Of a stretch of DNA of 64,000 nt, positions 26,052-35,976 are shown piece after piece. The translations under genes were made by a program, and so were the position numbers. A model generated the notes under the pieces. That model did no database searches, was not told the DNA's origin, and saw only the letters and a program-made list of their open reading frames with translations. Every line of letters begins with the position of its first letter. Position 1 is the first letter of the stretch. Source of the DNA: Candidatus Omnitrophota bacterium (lineage in GTDB: Bacteria; Omnitrophota; Gorgyraeia; Gygaellales; Profunditerraquicolaceae); the NCBI GenBank assembly GCA_016208765.1, contig JACQXK010000001.1:64218-128217 (forward strand). Reading direction: 5' to 3'.

Positions 26052-27268
26052 AGATTGCCAAGAATATACTTATATCCAAGAAAATATTGCTTGAACGAAA
26101 AGTAAGGACAATTTTATCTCTTTCGGGGATTATCGTTGGTGTTTCAGCTGTTATCGTTATGGTGGCTTTAGGTAAGGGGACGGAAGAAAAAGTCACATCC
26201 CAGATTACAAGAATGGGAAGCAATCTTTTGTTTGTTAATGCGGGACAAGTCAGAATTATAGCAGGAAGAGCCAGGCAGACAAAGATTGTAACCACACTTG
26301 AGTTAAAAGATGCTGATTATATTGCAGAAAACGCATCAGCCGCGCAATATGTTGCTCCAGCCCAGCAAAAGAAAATGAAGGTTAAATACGGCAACTTAAG
26401 CACAAGCACCAGTATTGTAGGAACGACTTCTGATATCACGGCAATTCAGAGCCACTCTTTATTAGAAGGGAGATTCTTTGACGATGCCGAGGATAAAGGC
26501 TTGAGAAGAGTCGCAGTTATTGGGAAAACAGTCGTAAAAAATATATTTGAGAACCAAGAGCCGACGGGGGAGACAATACTGATAGGTAAGGTGCCTTTTG
26601 AAGTCATCGGAGTTTTATCTCCCAAGGGGCTTGACCTTTACGGATCTGACCAGGATGACCGGATTTTTATTCCGGTTAGAACAGCTTTACGCAGGCTTTT
26701 TAACCTGGACTATATTAATACGATTTATGTGAAAGTTAAAAACGAAAGATTAATGGATGTGGCTTCAAAGGAAATAGATTCTATTTTACGGGAAAGGCAT
26801 CATATAAAGGAAGGCAAAGAAGCCGACTTTACTATTTTGAATCAAGACGCAATTTTAGAAGCACAAAAAGAAAGCAGCAGGACTTTTACTCTTCTTATCG
26901 GTAGTATCGCTGGATTGTCGCTTGTAGTCGGTGGCATTGGAGTTCTGGCGGTTATGCTTATTTCCATCCGGGAAAGAATTAAGGAGATCGGCATAAGAAG
27001 GGCTGTCGGAGCCAAAAGGAAAGATATCCTCGCTCAGTTTTTATCCGAGGCATTGTTGTTAAGTATGGGAGGCGGCTTAATCGGGATTGTTTTAGGCATT
27101 GTTGTAACAGTTATTACGGCAATTTTTGCCAAGGTACCTTTGATTATTCCTCTTGAGACGGTCGCATTGTCATTTTTTGCAACATTTATCATCGGGATGT
27201 TCTTCGGGGTTTATCCGGCAAGGAAGGCGGCGTTTTTGGATCCTATCAAAGCGCTACAAACTGAATAG
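26048..27268 (+). CDS. Second ABC transporter permease, MacB-like (FtsX domain)
   Basis: It is a paralog of the preceding ORF with the same architecture. There is a 4-nt overlap. Confidence 0.75.
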   Translation: MKIAKNILISKKILLERKVRTILSLSGIIVGVSAVIVMVALGKGTEEKVTSQITRMGSNLLFVNAGQVRIIAGRARQTKIVTTLELKDADYIAENASAAQYVAPAQQKKMKVKYGNLSTSTSIVGTTSDITAIQSHSLLEGRFFDDAEDKGLRRVAVIGKTVVKNIFENQEPTGETILIGKVPFEVIGVLSPKGLDLYGSDQDDRIFIPVRTALRRLFNLDYINTIYVKVKNERLMDVASKEIDSILRERHHIKEGKEADFTILNQDAILEAQKESSRTFTLLIGSIAGLSLVVGGIGVLAVMLISIRERIKEIGIRRAVGAKRKDILAQFLSEALLLSMGGGLIGIVLGIVVTVITAIFAKVPLIIPLETVALSFFATFIIGMFFGVYPARKAAFLDPIKALQTE

Positions 27269-27308
27269 AGATTTTTATGAATTTAAATCTGAAGAAAGGA
27301 GCAGCAAA

Positions 27309-27674
27309 ATGAAACTATGTATTCCCACAGAAACAAATGAAGGCAAGAGTGCAAAAGTTTATGGCCATTTCGGCAGCGCACCGTATTTTACCGTTGTTGA
27401 CACAGAGAAAGATTCCGTAGAGATTATTGATAATGCAAATCAACATCATGCGCATGGGATGTGTCAGCCAATGAATTCGTTAGTCGGTATGAAGATTGAT
27501 GCTGTGGTTACCGGCGGAATGGGTGGTAGGGCGGTCCAAAAGCTTAACGAAGGCGGAATTAAGGCTTATCGGGCTATCCCTGGAACAGTCGCGGATATTG
27601 TTAAGCAGTTTACAAAAGGCGGACTTGAGGAGATAACTGTATCAAATGCCTGCTCCCAGCACGGATGCCATTAG
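27309..27674 (+). CDS. NifX/NifB-like dinitrogenase FeMo-cofactor-biosynthesis-domain protein (PF02579-like)
   Basis: Translation from the internal ATG with RBS aaggagc gives MKLCIPTETNEGKSAKVYGHFGSAPYFTVVD..., the family N-terminal pattern. The ORF-track start at 27153 overlaps the upstream permease. Confidence 0.6.
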   Translation: MKLCIPTETNEGKSAKVYGHFGSAPYFTVVDTEKDSVEIIDNANQHHAHGMCQPMNSLVGMKIDAVVTGGMGGRAVQKLNEGGIKAYRAIPGTVADIVKQFTKGGLEEITVSNACSQHGCH

Positions 27675-27686
27675 AGATATTTCTAT

Positions 27687-27875
27687 ATGAATAATATAGT
27701 GTTGATTAATGAGGGTTTGTGTATAGGTTGCGCAAAGTGCGTTGAGTTATGCCCCAAGAAGATTTTATATATAGATGTAAAGACCGGTAAATGCAAGGTG
27801 AGCGATGAATCTAAATGCGATCGCCTGCGTGGATGCGAAAGGATTTGTCCTGTTGATGCCATAAAGATTATTTAA
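27687..27875 (+). CDS. Small 4Fe-4S ferredoxin
   Basis: 62 aa with two Cys clusters (CIGCAKCVELCP and CDRLRGCERICP). Confidence 0.7.
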   Translation: MNNIVLINEGLCIGCAKCVELCPKKILYIDVKTGKCKVSDESKCDRLRGCERICPVDAIKII

Positions 27876-27893
27876 AATTAGAGGAGGATTAAA

Positions 27894-28214
27894 ATGAAAA
27901 TAGGAGTTATAATCTCAAGTAACGATGCCGAGACAAGCTGGAATGCATTGCGATATGCGAATTTCTGCCTTGGGCAGAAAGATGAAGCGAAGGTATTTTT
28001 GACCGGTAAAGGCGTTGAATACCAGAACATAAGCACTGAGAAATTTAACACAATTGAGCAGGCAGAAAAATTTCTTCAGGGGGGTGGCAAGATGTTTGCT
28101 TGCGGTACTTGTATAAAATCCCGCAATCAAGAAGGCACAGAAATGTGCCCGATCAACACGATGAAGGATATGTATGAAATAATCAAGGAAAGCGATAAGG
28201 TTGTAACATTTTAA
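27894..28214 (+). CDS. DsrE/DsrF-like (sulfur-relay fold) small protein
   Basis: 106 aa. The pattern MKIGVIISS...FACGTC is consistent with the DsrE/DsrF family. The assignment is tentative. Confidence 0.4.
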   Translation: MKIGVIISSNDAETSWNALRYANFCLGQKDEAKVFLTGKGVEYQNISTEKFNTIEQAEKFLQGGGKMFACGTCIKSRNQEGTEMCPINTMKDMYEIIKESDKVVTF

Positions 28215-28358
28215 ATATTAAGTTGGATTTCTATAATATCTGGACTTCAAACAATTTTTAATGTAAGATTTGTTTGCGTTATTACCCGGCTATCCATATT
28301 TTTTAAAACCGGGCAGATGGATATCGTGAAGCAGAGAAATTTATAGAGGTAGATATTC

Positions 28359-28772
28359 ATGGACAGAAAAAAACACGTTACGTTTAAGATCCTTGTAGCT
28401 TTGGCAGGAACCGACCTCTTAGAAACATTTGCGCAATTTTGTTTTAAGAAAAGCGCCCTCTCATTAGAGTTTCTAAAAATTAATTCTTTTGGTGCAGGGT
28501 TTGAATTTATCGGAATGCTTATCCGTTCGCCTTTTTTATGGCTGGGCTTGTCTTCAGTCTTTGTTATATTCGTCCTTTGGTGTGCAATCCTTTCAAAGAT
28601 TGATTTATCTGTTGCTGTTCCGGTGGCCAGTATTAGTTACATTACCATTCCGCTTGTTTCTGTAATATTTTTGGGTGAGAAAATATCTCTTATGCAGTGG
28701 TCAGGGATATCATTTATATTGTTTGGAATAATTCTTGTGTCACTTAGCACTAAAACAAGCCAGGAGACATAA
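28359..28772 (+). CDS. Small 4-TM DMT/EamA-like membrane protein (first of an adjacent pair; ArnE/ArnF-like heterodimer candidate)
   Basis: 137 aa with four hydrophobic segments. It is paired with the next ORF by a 1-nt overlap. Confidence 0.5.
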   Translation: MDRKKHVTFKILVALAGTDLLETFAQFCFKKSALSLEFLKINSFGAGFEFIGMLIRSPFLWLGLSSVFVIFVLWCAILSKIDLSVAVPVASISYITIPLVSVIFLGEKISLMQWSGISFILFGIILVSLSTKTSQET

Positions 28773-29158
28773 TGGTGCGTGGATTTTTCTTCATTTTAAG
28801 CTTAATATTTTTAACTGACCTTATTGATACAGTAGGCCAGTTGATTCTCAAAAGGTCAATTAACAGTTTGGATTTTCATATTGATAGTTTTTCAAAAGCC
28901 TTTAAGTTAGTTGTTCAATTATTAAGAATTCCCCGCGTATGGTTTGGTTTTTTATTAAGCGGAGTTTCGCTGGTCATCTGGCTTTTTGTTTTAACAAAGG
29001 CAGAGTTAGGGTTTGCCTTTTCTTTAGATAGCATGCGTTATATTCTTATTGCGATAGCTTCGGCAATTTTTCTTAAAGAAAAAATCGTTCCTATCCGTTG
29101 GCTGGGTATATTTTGTGTAATCTTAGGGATTGTTCTGGTTGCTGCAGGGCAACATTAA
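28772..29158 (+). CDS. Small 4-TM DMT/EamA-like membrane protein (second of pair)
   Basis: 128 aa with the same topology as the upstream partner. Confidence 0.5.
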   Translation: MVRGFFFILSLIFLTDLIDTVGQLILKRSINSLDFHIDSFSKAFKLVVQLLRIPRVWFGFLLSGVSLVIWLFVLTKAELGFAFSLDSMRYILIAIASAIFLKEKIVPIRWLGIFCVILGIVLVAAGQH

Positions 29159-29164
29159 TCAGTC

Positions 29165-30304
29165 GTGGAAATACATCCAAATCTAACCGTTAAAATAACA
29201 AAGGCAATTAAAGATATTCCAATTCAGGATTGGGATAGGGCTTTTTTGCCGGTACTGGAAAACTATCATTTCTTTAAAGCTTTGGACGAGTCAAATTTTG
29301 AACAGTTTTCGTTTTTTTATATAATTGTTTATAAGGATGGCGTGCCTGTTGGGGCAACAAGTTGTTTTACTATGCGTTTTTCGCTTGATATGACGGTGAA
29401 CGGGTTTTTAAGGCATGTTTTTAGTGCAGTAAAAAAGATTGTGCCGAATATTCTAAGCCCAAAAGTGTTGATATGCGGTTTGCCCATGGGGCAAGGCCGT
29501 ATAGGGATTACAGATGATACCTTGCCTGTAATGGATGTAATTCGGAATTCGGTAGAGCAACTGGCGCAGGAAGAAAAAGCGGCAATGGTTATTTTTAAAG
29601 ATTTCATCAGTGTCTATGATAATTTATTTAAGCCGTTCTTAAAAATCGGATATTTTAAAATTGAGAGCATTCCTTCAACAGAAATGCAGATTAACTTCAC
29701 AAGCTTTGAAGAATACCTTAAAGCCTTGAGCCGGGCTTCGCGGGAAGGCTTAAAAAGAAATCTTAAAAAGACTGACAACCTGGTGAAGGTGGATTTTCAG
29801 GTTAAAGATAAATTAGATGAAGAAGAACTATCGCAGGTTCATGAGCTTTATTTGCAGACGTATAGAAAACAAGATATCGGATTAGAAAAACTGCCTATTG
29901 AATTCTTCAGGAGCATGTCAAGAAATATGCCAAATGAGGTTAAATATTTTCTGTGGAAAATTGACTCTAAAATTGCAGCATTTGCCTTTTGTTTGTTCAA
30001 AGGAGATTATTTTATAGACTATTATCTTGGTTTTGATTACACAATATCGCATAAGTACAATCTTTACATTGTGCGTTTTCGCGATCTGTTAAAATGGTGC
30101 ATAGAGCACGGAATTAAGAAATATGAGATGGGAGTTACCAGCTACGAGGCAAAGAGGCGCTTAGGATTCAGCTTTATTCGCCTTTATTTTTATATGAAGC
30201 ATCGTAATCCAATTATTAATAAATGTGTTCCTTTGTTGAAATTCTTTTTTGCTCCTGAATATTTTGATCCTGTTTTTAAAGAAATGCATGCAGATGTGAA
30301 ATAA
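29165..30304 (+). CDS. GNAT-fold FemAB-like / PF04339 (DUF482)-like protein
   Basis: Its size of about 380 aa and sequence pattern resemble the 'peptidoglycan biosynthesis/recognition' acyltransferase-fold family. The assignment is tentative. Confidence 0.4.
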   Translation: MEIHPNLTVKITKAIKDIPIQDWDRAFLPVLENYHFFKALDESNFEQFSFFYIIVYKDGVPVGATSCFTMRFSLDMTVNGFLRHVFSAVKKIVPNILSPKVLICGLPMGQGRIGITDDTLPVMDVIRNSVEQLAQEEKAAMVIFKDFISVYDNLFKPFLKIGYFKIESIPSTEMQINFTSFEEYLKALSRASREGLKRNLKKTDNLVKVDFQVKDKLDEEELSQVHELYLQTYRKQDIGLEKLPIEFFRSMSRNMPNEVKYFLWKIDSKIAAFAFCLFKGDYFIDYYLGFDYTISHKYNLYIVRFRDLLKWCIEHGIKKYEMGVTSYEAKRRLGFSFIRLYFYMKHRNPIINKCVPLLKFFFAPEYFDPVFKEMHADVK

Positions 30305-30319
30305 AAGGAGGGTATCGGT

Positions 30320-31147
30320 ATGAGAAAAATATATTTTTTATTATCATTAGTAATAATGCTATCTGGCTGTGCTACAAAAATGGCTTATCTGAATTCGAAA
30401 AAGCCGCCTGAAGTGGTAAAAAAAGATAAAGATGATTGTCAGACGGTAGTTGATGCTTCTGATTTTAAAGATGCCGGTTTAAAGCAAAAGAAATTCAATC
30501 AGTGCATGAAGGATAAAGGGTATAATGTTGTTTCCGAAGATAAAGCGGAAAAGATCCAGGGGTTTAAACAGCTTTGGATAAATCAGGGGGTTGATTTTAA
30601 GGTTTACGAAGCAATTTTTATTGACAAAGTGGATTTAGAGCAGGTAAAAGTTAATAATCTGCATATTCCCGGTACCAAAGTAACTGATGAGGATATAAAT
30701 AATCTGGGTGAAGAAATGTTAAAGCGTTTTTCCAAGGCATTAAGCGTTGTGATGCCGGTTATCTCTGACATTGAAGAAGCCGCAGGAAAAAAAATTCTTT
30801 ATATCAGTTTAAAACTGAATAATATTTCTCAAACTAATGTTTGTGTTAATGCAGCGTTAGGAGTAGCAGGGCATTTCTCGCCTGTGCCTTTGCCCGGAGG
30901 CCCGGAAGGCACATTTTCTTTTGATGGAACGGTAACTGATTATTCCAGTAAAGAAAAATTGATCACTATTTCAGATGAGTGCAAAGAAAACAAAAATGCT
31001 TCTCTGGCAGGGTTGGAGAGTTTTGAGAAATGGAAGCATGCTTATAATATCATGGATTATTGGGCAGATCATTTGGCGGCATTGCTTGCCAAAGAACGCG
31101 GACAGAAATATAAATCACAGCTTGGAATTAAATTAATTGATTTTTAA
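30320..31147 (+). CDS. Hypothetical lipoprotein
   Basis: It has a lipobox MLSGCAT. No recognisable domain was found. Confidence 0.5.
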   Translation: MRKIYFLLSLVIMLSGCATKMAYLNSKKPPEVVKKDKDDCQTVVDASDFKDAGLKQKKFNQCMKDKGYNVVSEDKAEKIQGFKQLWINQGVDFKVYEAIFIDKVDLEQVKVNNLHIPGTKVTDEDINNLGEEMLKRFSKALSVVMPVISDIEEAAGKKILYISLKLNNISQTNVCVNAALGVAGHFSPVPLPGGPEGTFSFDGTVTDYSSKEKLITISDECKENKNASLAGLESFEKWKHAYNIMDYWADHLAALLAKERGQKYKSQLGIKLIDF

Positions 31148-31186
31148 TAAAGAGCTTTACTATTCGTTGTTAATATTAGTATCGGA

Positions 31187-32089
31187 GTGATTTCTATGGA
31201 TAGGGAGTTAATGAATTTAGGCCTTAATGCTTGTTCACGAGGTATGTGTGAAGAAGACAGGGTTTGGTCACGTTATAGCCATGATAAGGTTGATATTGGA
31301 GAAGAGCTTGCTAAAGTAATAAGAACACTGAATAAGGGGCTTTCGCTTTCTGAGCCTATTCGTGCGTTGTCAATTGGCTCAAGTATCGAGCCGCAGTTTC
31401 GCATACTTGAGACTGCTTGTAGAGGAGGACTGTATCTTCTGGATATAGATAAAGCTGCTCTGGGAGTTGTTAAAGAGCGTATTAAACGCCAGTGTACAAG
31501 TTACGTGTCAGCTATTCATGGAGATTATAATAGAATATTGTTAAATACCAGCCATGCAAGAGCGTTTTTGAAAAAATATCTTGGTGGGGAGAAGGTCCGG
31601 CTTATAACTTTGCATCATTCGCTTTACTATTCTAAGGAATCAGACTGGATGCAGATATTTAATAATCTTTATAATAATATTTTGCAGCAAGAAAGCGCGA
31701 TTCATACTGTGCTTATGGCGTCTGAAACAAATAATGAATACACTACTACTTGGCTTTATAACCATTTCGCAGGTAAATTCTTCAACTGTTATAATGACCA
31801 AAATTTGCGCGAGTTTGGCCGTAAACTAAAAAGAAACTCTTTGTTTAAAAAGGCTCAAGTTCTTGTAGATACTCATTCTGTCAGGTTTTTTGTAAGCGAC
31901 TTTTCTAAATTTATGTCTGTAGTCTGGATGATACTTTTGTATCCGAATGTCCACAAATATGCCCTTGCCCAAAGAGAAGAAATTACCGAGTATGTGTATA
32001 ATAAATTTTGGCTTAAAAAGAAACCTTTAATACAAATGCAGGATCATCTTGTAATTTATAATGGTATTCGTTTTAAAGGGCTTATATAA
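31187..32089 (+). CDS. Hypothetical protein, possibly SAM-methyltransferase-fold
   Basis: ALSIGSSIEPQF...LYLLDIDKAAL loosely resembles MTase motif I/II. The call is weak. Confidence 0.3.
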   Translation: MISMDRELMNLGLNACSRGMCEEDRVWSRYSHDKVDIGEELAKVIRTLNKGLSLSEPIRALSIGSSIEPQFRILETACRGGLYLLDIDKAALGVVKERIKRQCTSYVSAIHGDYNRILLNTSHARAFLKKYLGGEKVRLITLHHSLYYSKESDWMQIFNNLYNNILQQESAIHTVLMASETNNEYTTTWLYNHFAGKFFNCYNDQNLREFGRKLKRNSLFKKAQVLVDTHSVRFFVSDFSKFMSVVWMILLYPNVHKYALAQREEITEYVYNKFWLKKKPLIQMQDHLVIYNGIRFKGLI

Positions 32090-32112
32090 AATAGTTCAAA
32101 AATCATCTATCC

Positions 32113-32379
32113 ATGCCTTGGCACGTATATATAGTTGAATGTAACGATAGCAGGTTGTATACGGGAATTACTAATAATCTTGACCGAAGGATTAAGGCCC
32201 ACAACAGCGGCAAGGGCTGCAATTTTACAAAATATCGCACGCCAGTAAAATTAGTTTATAGCGAGGATGTCTTAAGCCGGTCGCAGGCTCTAAAAAGGGA
32301 AGCGCGAATTAAGCAGTTGCCAAGAGAAAAGAAATTGGCATTAATTGATAATGGCCATTGTGTTGAAAAGAAAAAATAA
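32113..32379 (+). CDS. GIY-YIG nuclease-superfamily small protein (paralog of 10865)
   Basis: It carries HVYIVECNDSRLYTGITNNLDRRIKAHN, a GIY-YIG motif. Confidence 0.7.
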   Translation: MPWHVYIVECNDSRLYTGITNNLDRRIKAHNSGKGCNFTKYRTPVKLVYSEDVLSRSQALKREARIKQLPREKKLALIDNGHCVEKKK

Positions 32380-32440
32380 TAAACATTGAAAAATAATATT
32401 ATTGTGATATACTTAATTCAGTAAAAGTTTAGAAGTCTTA

Positions 32441-32477
32441 GCCGCGAGGACAGGATAACTGACCTTGCGGTTTTTTG
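32441..32477 (+). terminator. Terminator hairpin (ccgcgagg...ccttgcgg + T7) preceding the csp 5' UTR
   Basis: An 8-bp stem with a 13-nt loop is followed by TTTTTTG. A near-identical hairpin and T-run recur at 53393. Confidence 0.6.
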
Positions 32478-32671
32478 TTGCCGCAGATAGCGGCACAACA
32501 ATCCTTTTTATTGGATTGGGTGTTGAGTCATTGTTTGTCCCGCTAGGAATCCAAAAATTCTAAGCAGGCACCCCGTCTTAAAGGATAGACGGGCGTGTCC
32601 TTTTTGGACAAGTGAAGATAATGCGGATTTCTAGAAATTTACTAAATTTAGAGAAAAGGAGGTAACAAACA

Positions 32672-32872
32672 ATGGCAAGAGGAACAGTAAAGTGGTTTAG
32701 TGATCAGAAAGGTTATGGATTCATCACACCGGAAAACGGAAAAGATGTTTTTGTGCATCATTCCATGATTCAGGGTGAAGGCTATAAGTCTTTAGCTGAA
32801 GGCGCCCAGGTTGAGTTTGATATTGAACAGGGCCCTAAAGGCGAACAGGCTACAAATGTAGTCAAACTTTAA
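32672..32872 (+). CDS. cspA: Cold-shock protein (CspA family)
   Basis: 66 aa with the motif [28 protein letters not shown] (RNP1/RNP2). Confidence 0.9.
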   Translation: MARGTVKWFSDQKGYGFITPENGKDVFVHHSMIQGEGYKSLAEGAQVEFDIEQGPKGEQATNVVKL

Positions 32873-32888
32873 TCAATAACTAAAAAAA

Positions 32889-32925
32889 TAGAGCCCGGCA
32901 TCTTTTTTAGATCCGGGCTCTTACT
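32889..32925 (+). terminator. Rho-independent terminator after csp (agagcccgg/ccgggctct)
   Basis: A 9-bp perfect stem with a T-rich loop. Confidence 0.6.
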
Positions 32926-33039
32926 TTTCGCAGAAAGCGAACACCCGCCAATCCGCCCAGAAGGGCGCACTTGGCAACCTTTTTTGCCAAGGTGCGATAT
33001 GGAGAGGTGTATTATATCAGAAGTAGAGATAACTAATCT

Positions 33040-34932
33040 ATGGCATTAATAAGCATACAAGAAGCTACTCTTAAATTCAGCGGCCCGCTTATCTTTGATC
33101 AGCTTGATCTGCAGTTGGAGCCTGGGGAGCGTGTTGCCTTGCTTGGCCGAAACGGAGCAGGGAAAACTACTCTCATGAAAGTTATGGCTGGCCAGCTCGA
33201 GCTTGATGAGGGAAGGATTATCTTTCAAAAAGGAATTCAGGTTACGCATCTTCCTCAGGAAGTGCCTGTTGATGTGGAAGGGAGTGTTTTTGATATTGTT
33301 CTTTCCGGTTTAGGAGAACGCGCTAATCTTTTAAGCAAATACCATCAGTTAACCCATCGACTTCATACAGAACACACCTCTGAATTACTAAAACAACTTG
33401 ATGAACTGCAGGGTGAATTAGATCACACTAACAGCTGGGACGTGAATAGTCAGGTTGAAGATGTTATTGAGCGGATGAAGCTTGATGGGGAAATGGATTT
33501 CAAGAGCCTTTCCGGAGGGCAGAAACGCAGGGTGTTTTTAGCCAGGGCTCTTGTTTTAAAACCCGAGGTTTTGCTTCTTGATGAACCTACTAATCATCTG
33601 GATATTGATTCAATTAATTGGCTGGAGGGATTTCTTTCTAACTACCCGGGAACAATTTTCTTTGTTACGCATGATCGGATGTTTATGACGCATTTAGCGA
33701 CCAGGATCGTAGAGCTTGACCGCGGGAAGATTTATAGCTGGGCCTGTGATTACAATACTTTTCTTGAACGTAAGCAAGCAGCGCTGGATATTGAAGAATC
33801 ATCGTGGAATCATTTTGATAAAAAATTAGCTGAAGAAGAAGTATGGATCCGTCAGGGGATTAAGGCCAGGAGATGTCGTAATGAGGGCCGAGTCAAGGCT
33901 TTGGAACGATTAAGAGAAATTAAGAAAACTCAGCGTAAGCAGGAAGGTAAAGTGCGCATGCTCGCGCAAAAATCAGTTATTTCCGGCCATAGAGTGATTA
34001 AGGTTAGTGAGTTGGATTTTAGTTACGCTGATAAGTGTTTGATTAGGGATTTTTCTACTCAAATCATGCGTCAGGATAAAATCGGAGTGATTGGCCCTAA
34101 CGGCAGCGGTAAGACTACGTTGCTGCGTATTTTATTAGGGAAACTTAGTCCTCAAGCAGGTAAGGTTTCCTTGGGAACCAACTTAGAGATTGCTTATTAC
34201 GATCAGCTGCGTGAGCAGTTAGATGAAGAAAAAACAGTTGCCGAGAATATTAACGGTGAAAGTGAGTTTATAATCATTAACGGCAAGCCTAAACATATTT
34301 TGGGATATTTGCATGATTTTCTTTTTGCTCCTGACCGGTCCCGTACGAAGGTAAAAGTTCTTTCCGGAGGAGAACGAAACCGCCTATTTTTGGCAAAGTT
34401 ATTTTCTAAGCCTTCTAATGTGCTGGTGATGGATGAACCAACTAATGATTTAGATATTGAAACTTTGGAGCTTCTTGAGGAATTGCTTCTTGAGTATCCT
34501 GGAACGCTACTTTTAGTAAGCCACGACCGGGCATTCTTAAATAATGTGGTTACTTCCACTATTGTTTTGGAAGGTGACGGTATTATCAATGAATATCCTG
34601 GAGGTTATGATGATTGGTTAAGCCAGCGTCAGTTAATATCAAAACCTGAGCCGCCAAAGAATAAAGCTAAGGTAGATCATGTAAAAATAAAAAAACCTAT
34701 TATTCAGCGCAAGCTTACTTATAAAGAACAGCAGGAGTTAGACAACTTTCCTTTAAAAATTGAAGAATTGGAAGAAGAGCAGAAAAATCTCTATAGTTTG
34801 TTTGCGGACATTTCTTTTTACCAACGGGATCCCGCGGAAATCAGCCAAGCTAAAGACAGGTCTGCGTCTTTGTCTGAGCAGCTCCAAAAGGCATATGAGC
34901 GATGGGATTATTTGGCAGAATTAGCAGAATGA
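33040..34932 (+). CDS. uup: ABC-F family ATPase (Uup-like), two ABC domains + C-terminal coiled-coil
   Basis: It has two Walker A motifs (GRNGAGKTT, GPNGSGKTT), two LSGG signatures, and a charged C-terminal extension. Confidence 0.8.
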   Translation: MALISIQEATLKFSGPLIFDQLDLQLEPGERVALLGRNGAGKTTLMKVMAGQLELDEGRIIFQKGIQVTHLPQEVPVDVEGSVFDIVLSGLGERANLLSKYHQLTHRLHTEHTSELLKQLDELQGELDHTNSWDVNSQVEDVIERMKLDGEMDFKSLSGGQKRRVFLARALVLKPEVLLLDEPTNHLDIDSINWLEGFLSNYPGTIFFVTHDRMFMTHLATRIVELDRGKIYSWACDYNTFLERKQAALDIEESSWNHFDKKLAEEEVWIRQGIKARRCRNEGRVKALERLREIKKTQRKQEGKVRMLAQKSVISGHRVIKVSELDFSYADKCLIRDFSTQIMRQDKIGVIGPNGSGKTTLLRILLGKLSPQAGKVSLGTNLEIAYYDQLREQLDEEKTVAENINGESEFIIINGKPKHILGYLHDFLFAPDRSRTKVKVLSGGERNRLFLAKLFSKPSNVLVMDEPTNDLDIETLELLEELLLEYPGTLLLVSHDRAFLNNVVTSTIVLEGDGIINEYPGGYDDWLSQRQLISKPEPPKNKAKVDHVKIKKPIIQRKLTYKEQQELDNFPLKIEELEEEQKNLYSLFADISFYQRDPAEISQAKDRSASLSEQLQKAYERWDYLAELAE

Positions 34933-34948
34933 TGTCAAAAAGGAGGGC

Positions 34949-35107
34949 ATGTTGACAAGGGATAATTATTCATATAAAAAATATCAGAAAGAATTGGCAA
35001 AGAAAAAGAAGATGGAAGAAAAGAAACAAAGAAAGTTGGAGAAAAAAGCAGCCGAGGCTGCGCCTGAGCCTGAACAGGTTTCTAATGACCAGGTTATTTT
35101 AGAGTAA
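34949..35107 (+). CDS. Possible small Lys/Glu-rich protein (52 aa)
   Basis: There is a strong RBS aaaaaggaggg before the ATG. The sequence is low-complexity basic and it has no homolog I can name. Confidence 0.25.
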   Translation: MLTRDNYSYKKYQKELAKKKKMEEKKQRKLEKKAAEAAPEPEQVSNDQVILE

Positions 35108-35229
35108 AGAAACACTTGAAGTCTTTTTTAAAAGCATTATAATTACAAATTGAGGTAAATAATTAGCAGAAGCGGCATTTGGCGCTAAACGGATTTGCGC
35201 CGTGTTGTGTCTGCACACAAGGAGGAAGC

Positions 35230-35394
35230 ATGGGGTATCAAGGTGGTGGTGGTGGATTTGGCGGGCCAAGGGAGATGCATAAGGCGGTTTGTTCTGAATG
35301 TAAAAAAGAGTGTGAGGTACCGTTTAAGCCCAGAGATGACCGTCCGATTTATTGCAAAGATTGTTATTCAAAGAGAAAAAACGAAGGACGTTAA
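35230..35394 (+). CDS. Small zinc-ribbon protein (MGYQGGGGGFGGP...CSECKKEC...CKDCY)
   Basis: 54 aa starting at the internal ATG with RBS aaggagg. It has two CxxC pairs and a terminator-like T-run downstream. Confidence 0.45.
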   Translation: MGYQGGGGGFGGPREMHKAVCSECKKECEVPFKPRDDRPIYCKDCYSKRKNEGR

Positions 35395-35594
35395 AAGTAA
35401 AGACGAGGAGAGGGGTTTCTGTTGCTGAAACTGAGAGGCCCCTTTTTTCTTTCTCTCAAGCTTCATCTATCTGAAACTCTCCTCAGTATTTCTGCTTTTT
35501 AGCCCATGCCTTGGGCTGTTTACTTTATACCTTCTAATGAAACAAGTTTTACATTGGCGTCATTAAAATCTCTGGCTTATAAAAAGGATTAATT

Positions 35595-35954
35595 ATGAAA
35601 AAGATTGATTGCGTAAAATGCAAACAGCAGGATTCCTGTTGTGATTTTGGCGCATGGGTGGATTTAGAAGAAGCGAAGAAAATATTGCTTCTTGGTCTTA
35701 AGGGGGACTTTTATCATCTTGAAAGGGATAAGGATTTTCCTTCAGGCTATAGAGTCGGAACGAGCTACGAAGATAACGGCTGTTCTTTCCTTACCCCTGA
35801 AGGACTCTGTGCAATTCATAAGGTTGATTATAGTTTGAAGCCGGCCCACTGCAAAGAATTTCCCTATGAAGATAAGAAATTATCTCCGCTTGCAAGCGTG
35901 TTGTGCCCGGTGCTTAAATCAAAAAGAAAAACAAAAAAGTCCAAGAAAAGTTGA
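35595..35954 (+). CDS. YkgJ-family (CxxCxxCC Zn/Fe-chelating domain, PF03692-like) protein
   Basis: It carries [11 protein letters not shown]...C at the N-terminus. Confidence 0.55.
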   Translation: MKKIDCVKCKQQDSCCDFGAWVDLEEAKKILLLGLKGDFYHLERDKDFPSGYRVGTSYEDNGCSFLTPEGLCAIHKVDYSLKPAHCKEFPYEDKKLSPLASVLCPVLKSKRKTKKSKKS

Positions 35955-35976
35955 TACTTTTCGTATAAACAGGTAT

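Noticed and set aside
27153-27308. N-terminal 52 aa of ORF 27153..27674
   Set aside because: This part overlaps the 3' end of the upstream permease in another frame. The family-typical N-terminus (MKLCIPTE…) begins at the internal ATG 27309, which has an RBS.
28215-28358. Inverted repeat tatccat…atggata upstream of the EamA-like pair
   Set aside because: It has a short 7-bp stem with a 21-nt loop in AT-rich sequence. This is too weak to call an operator or terminator without more evidence.
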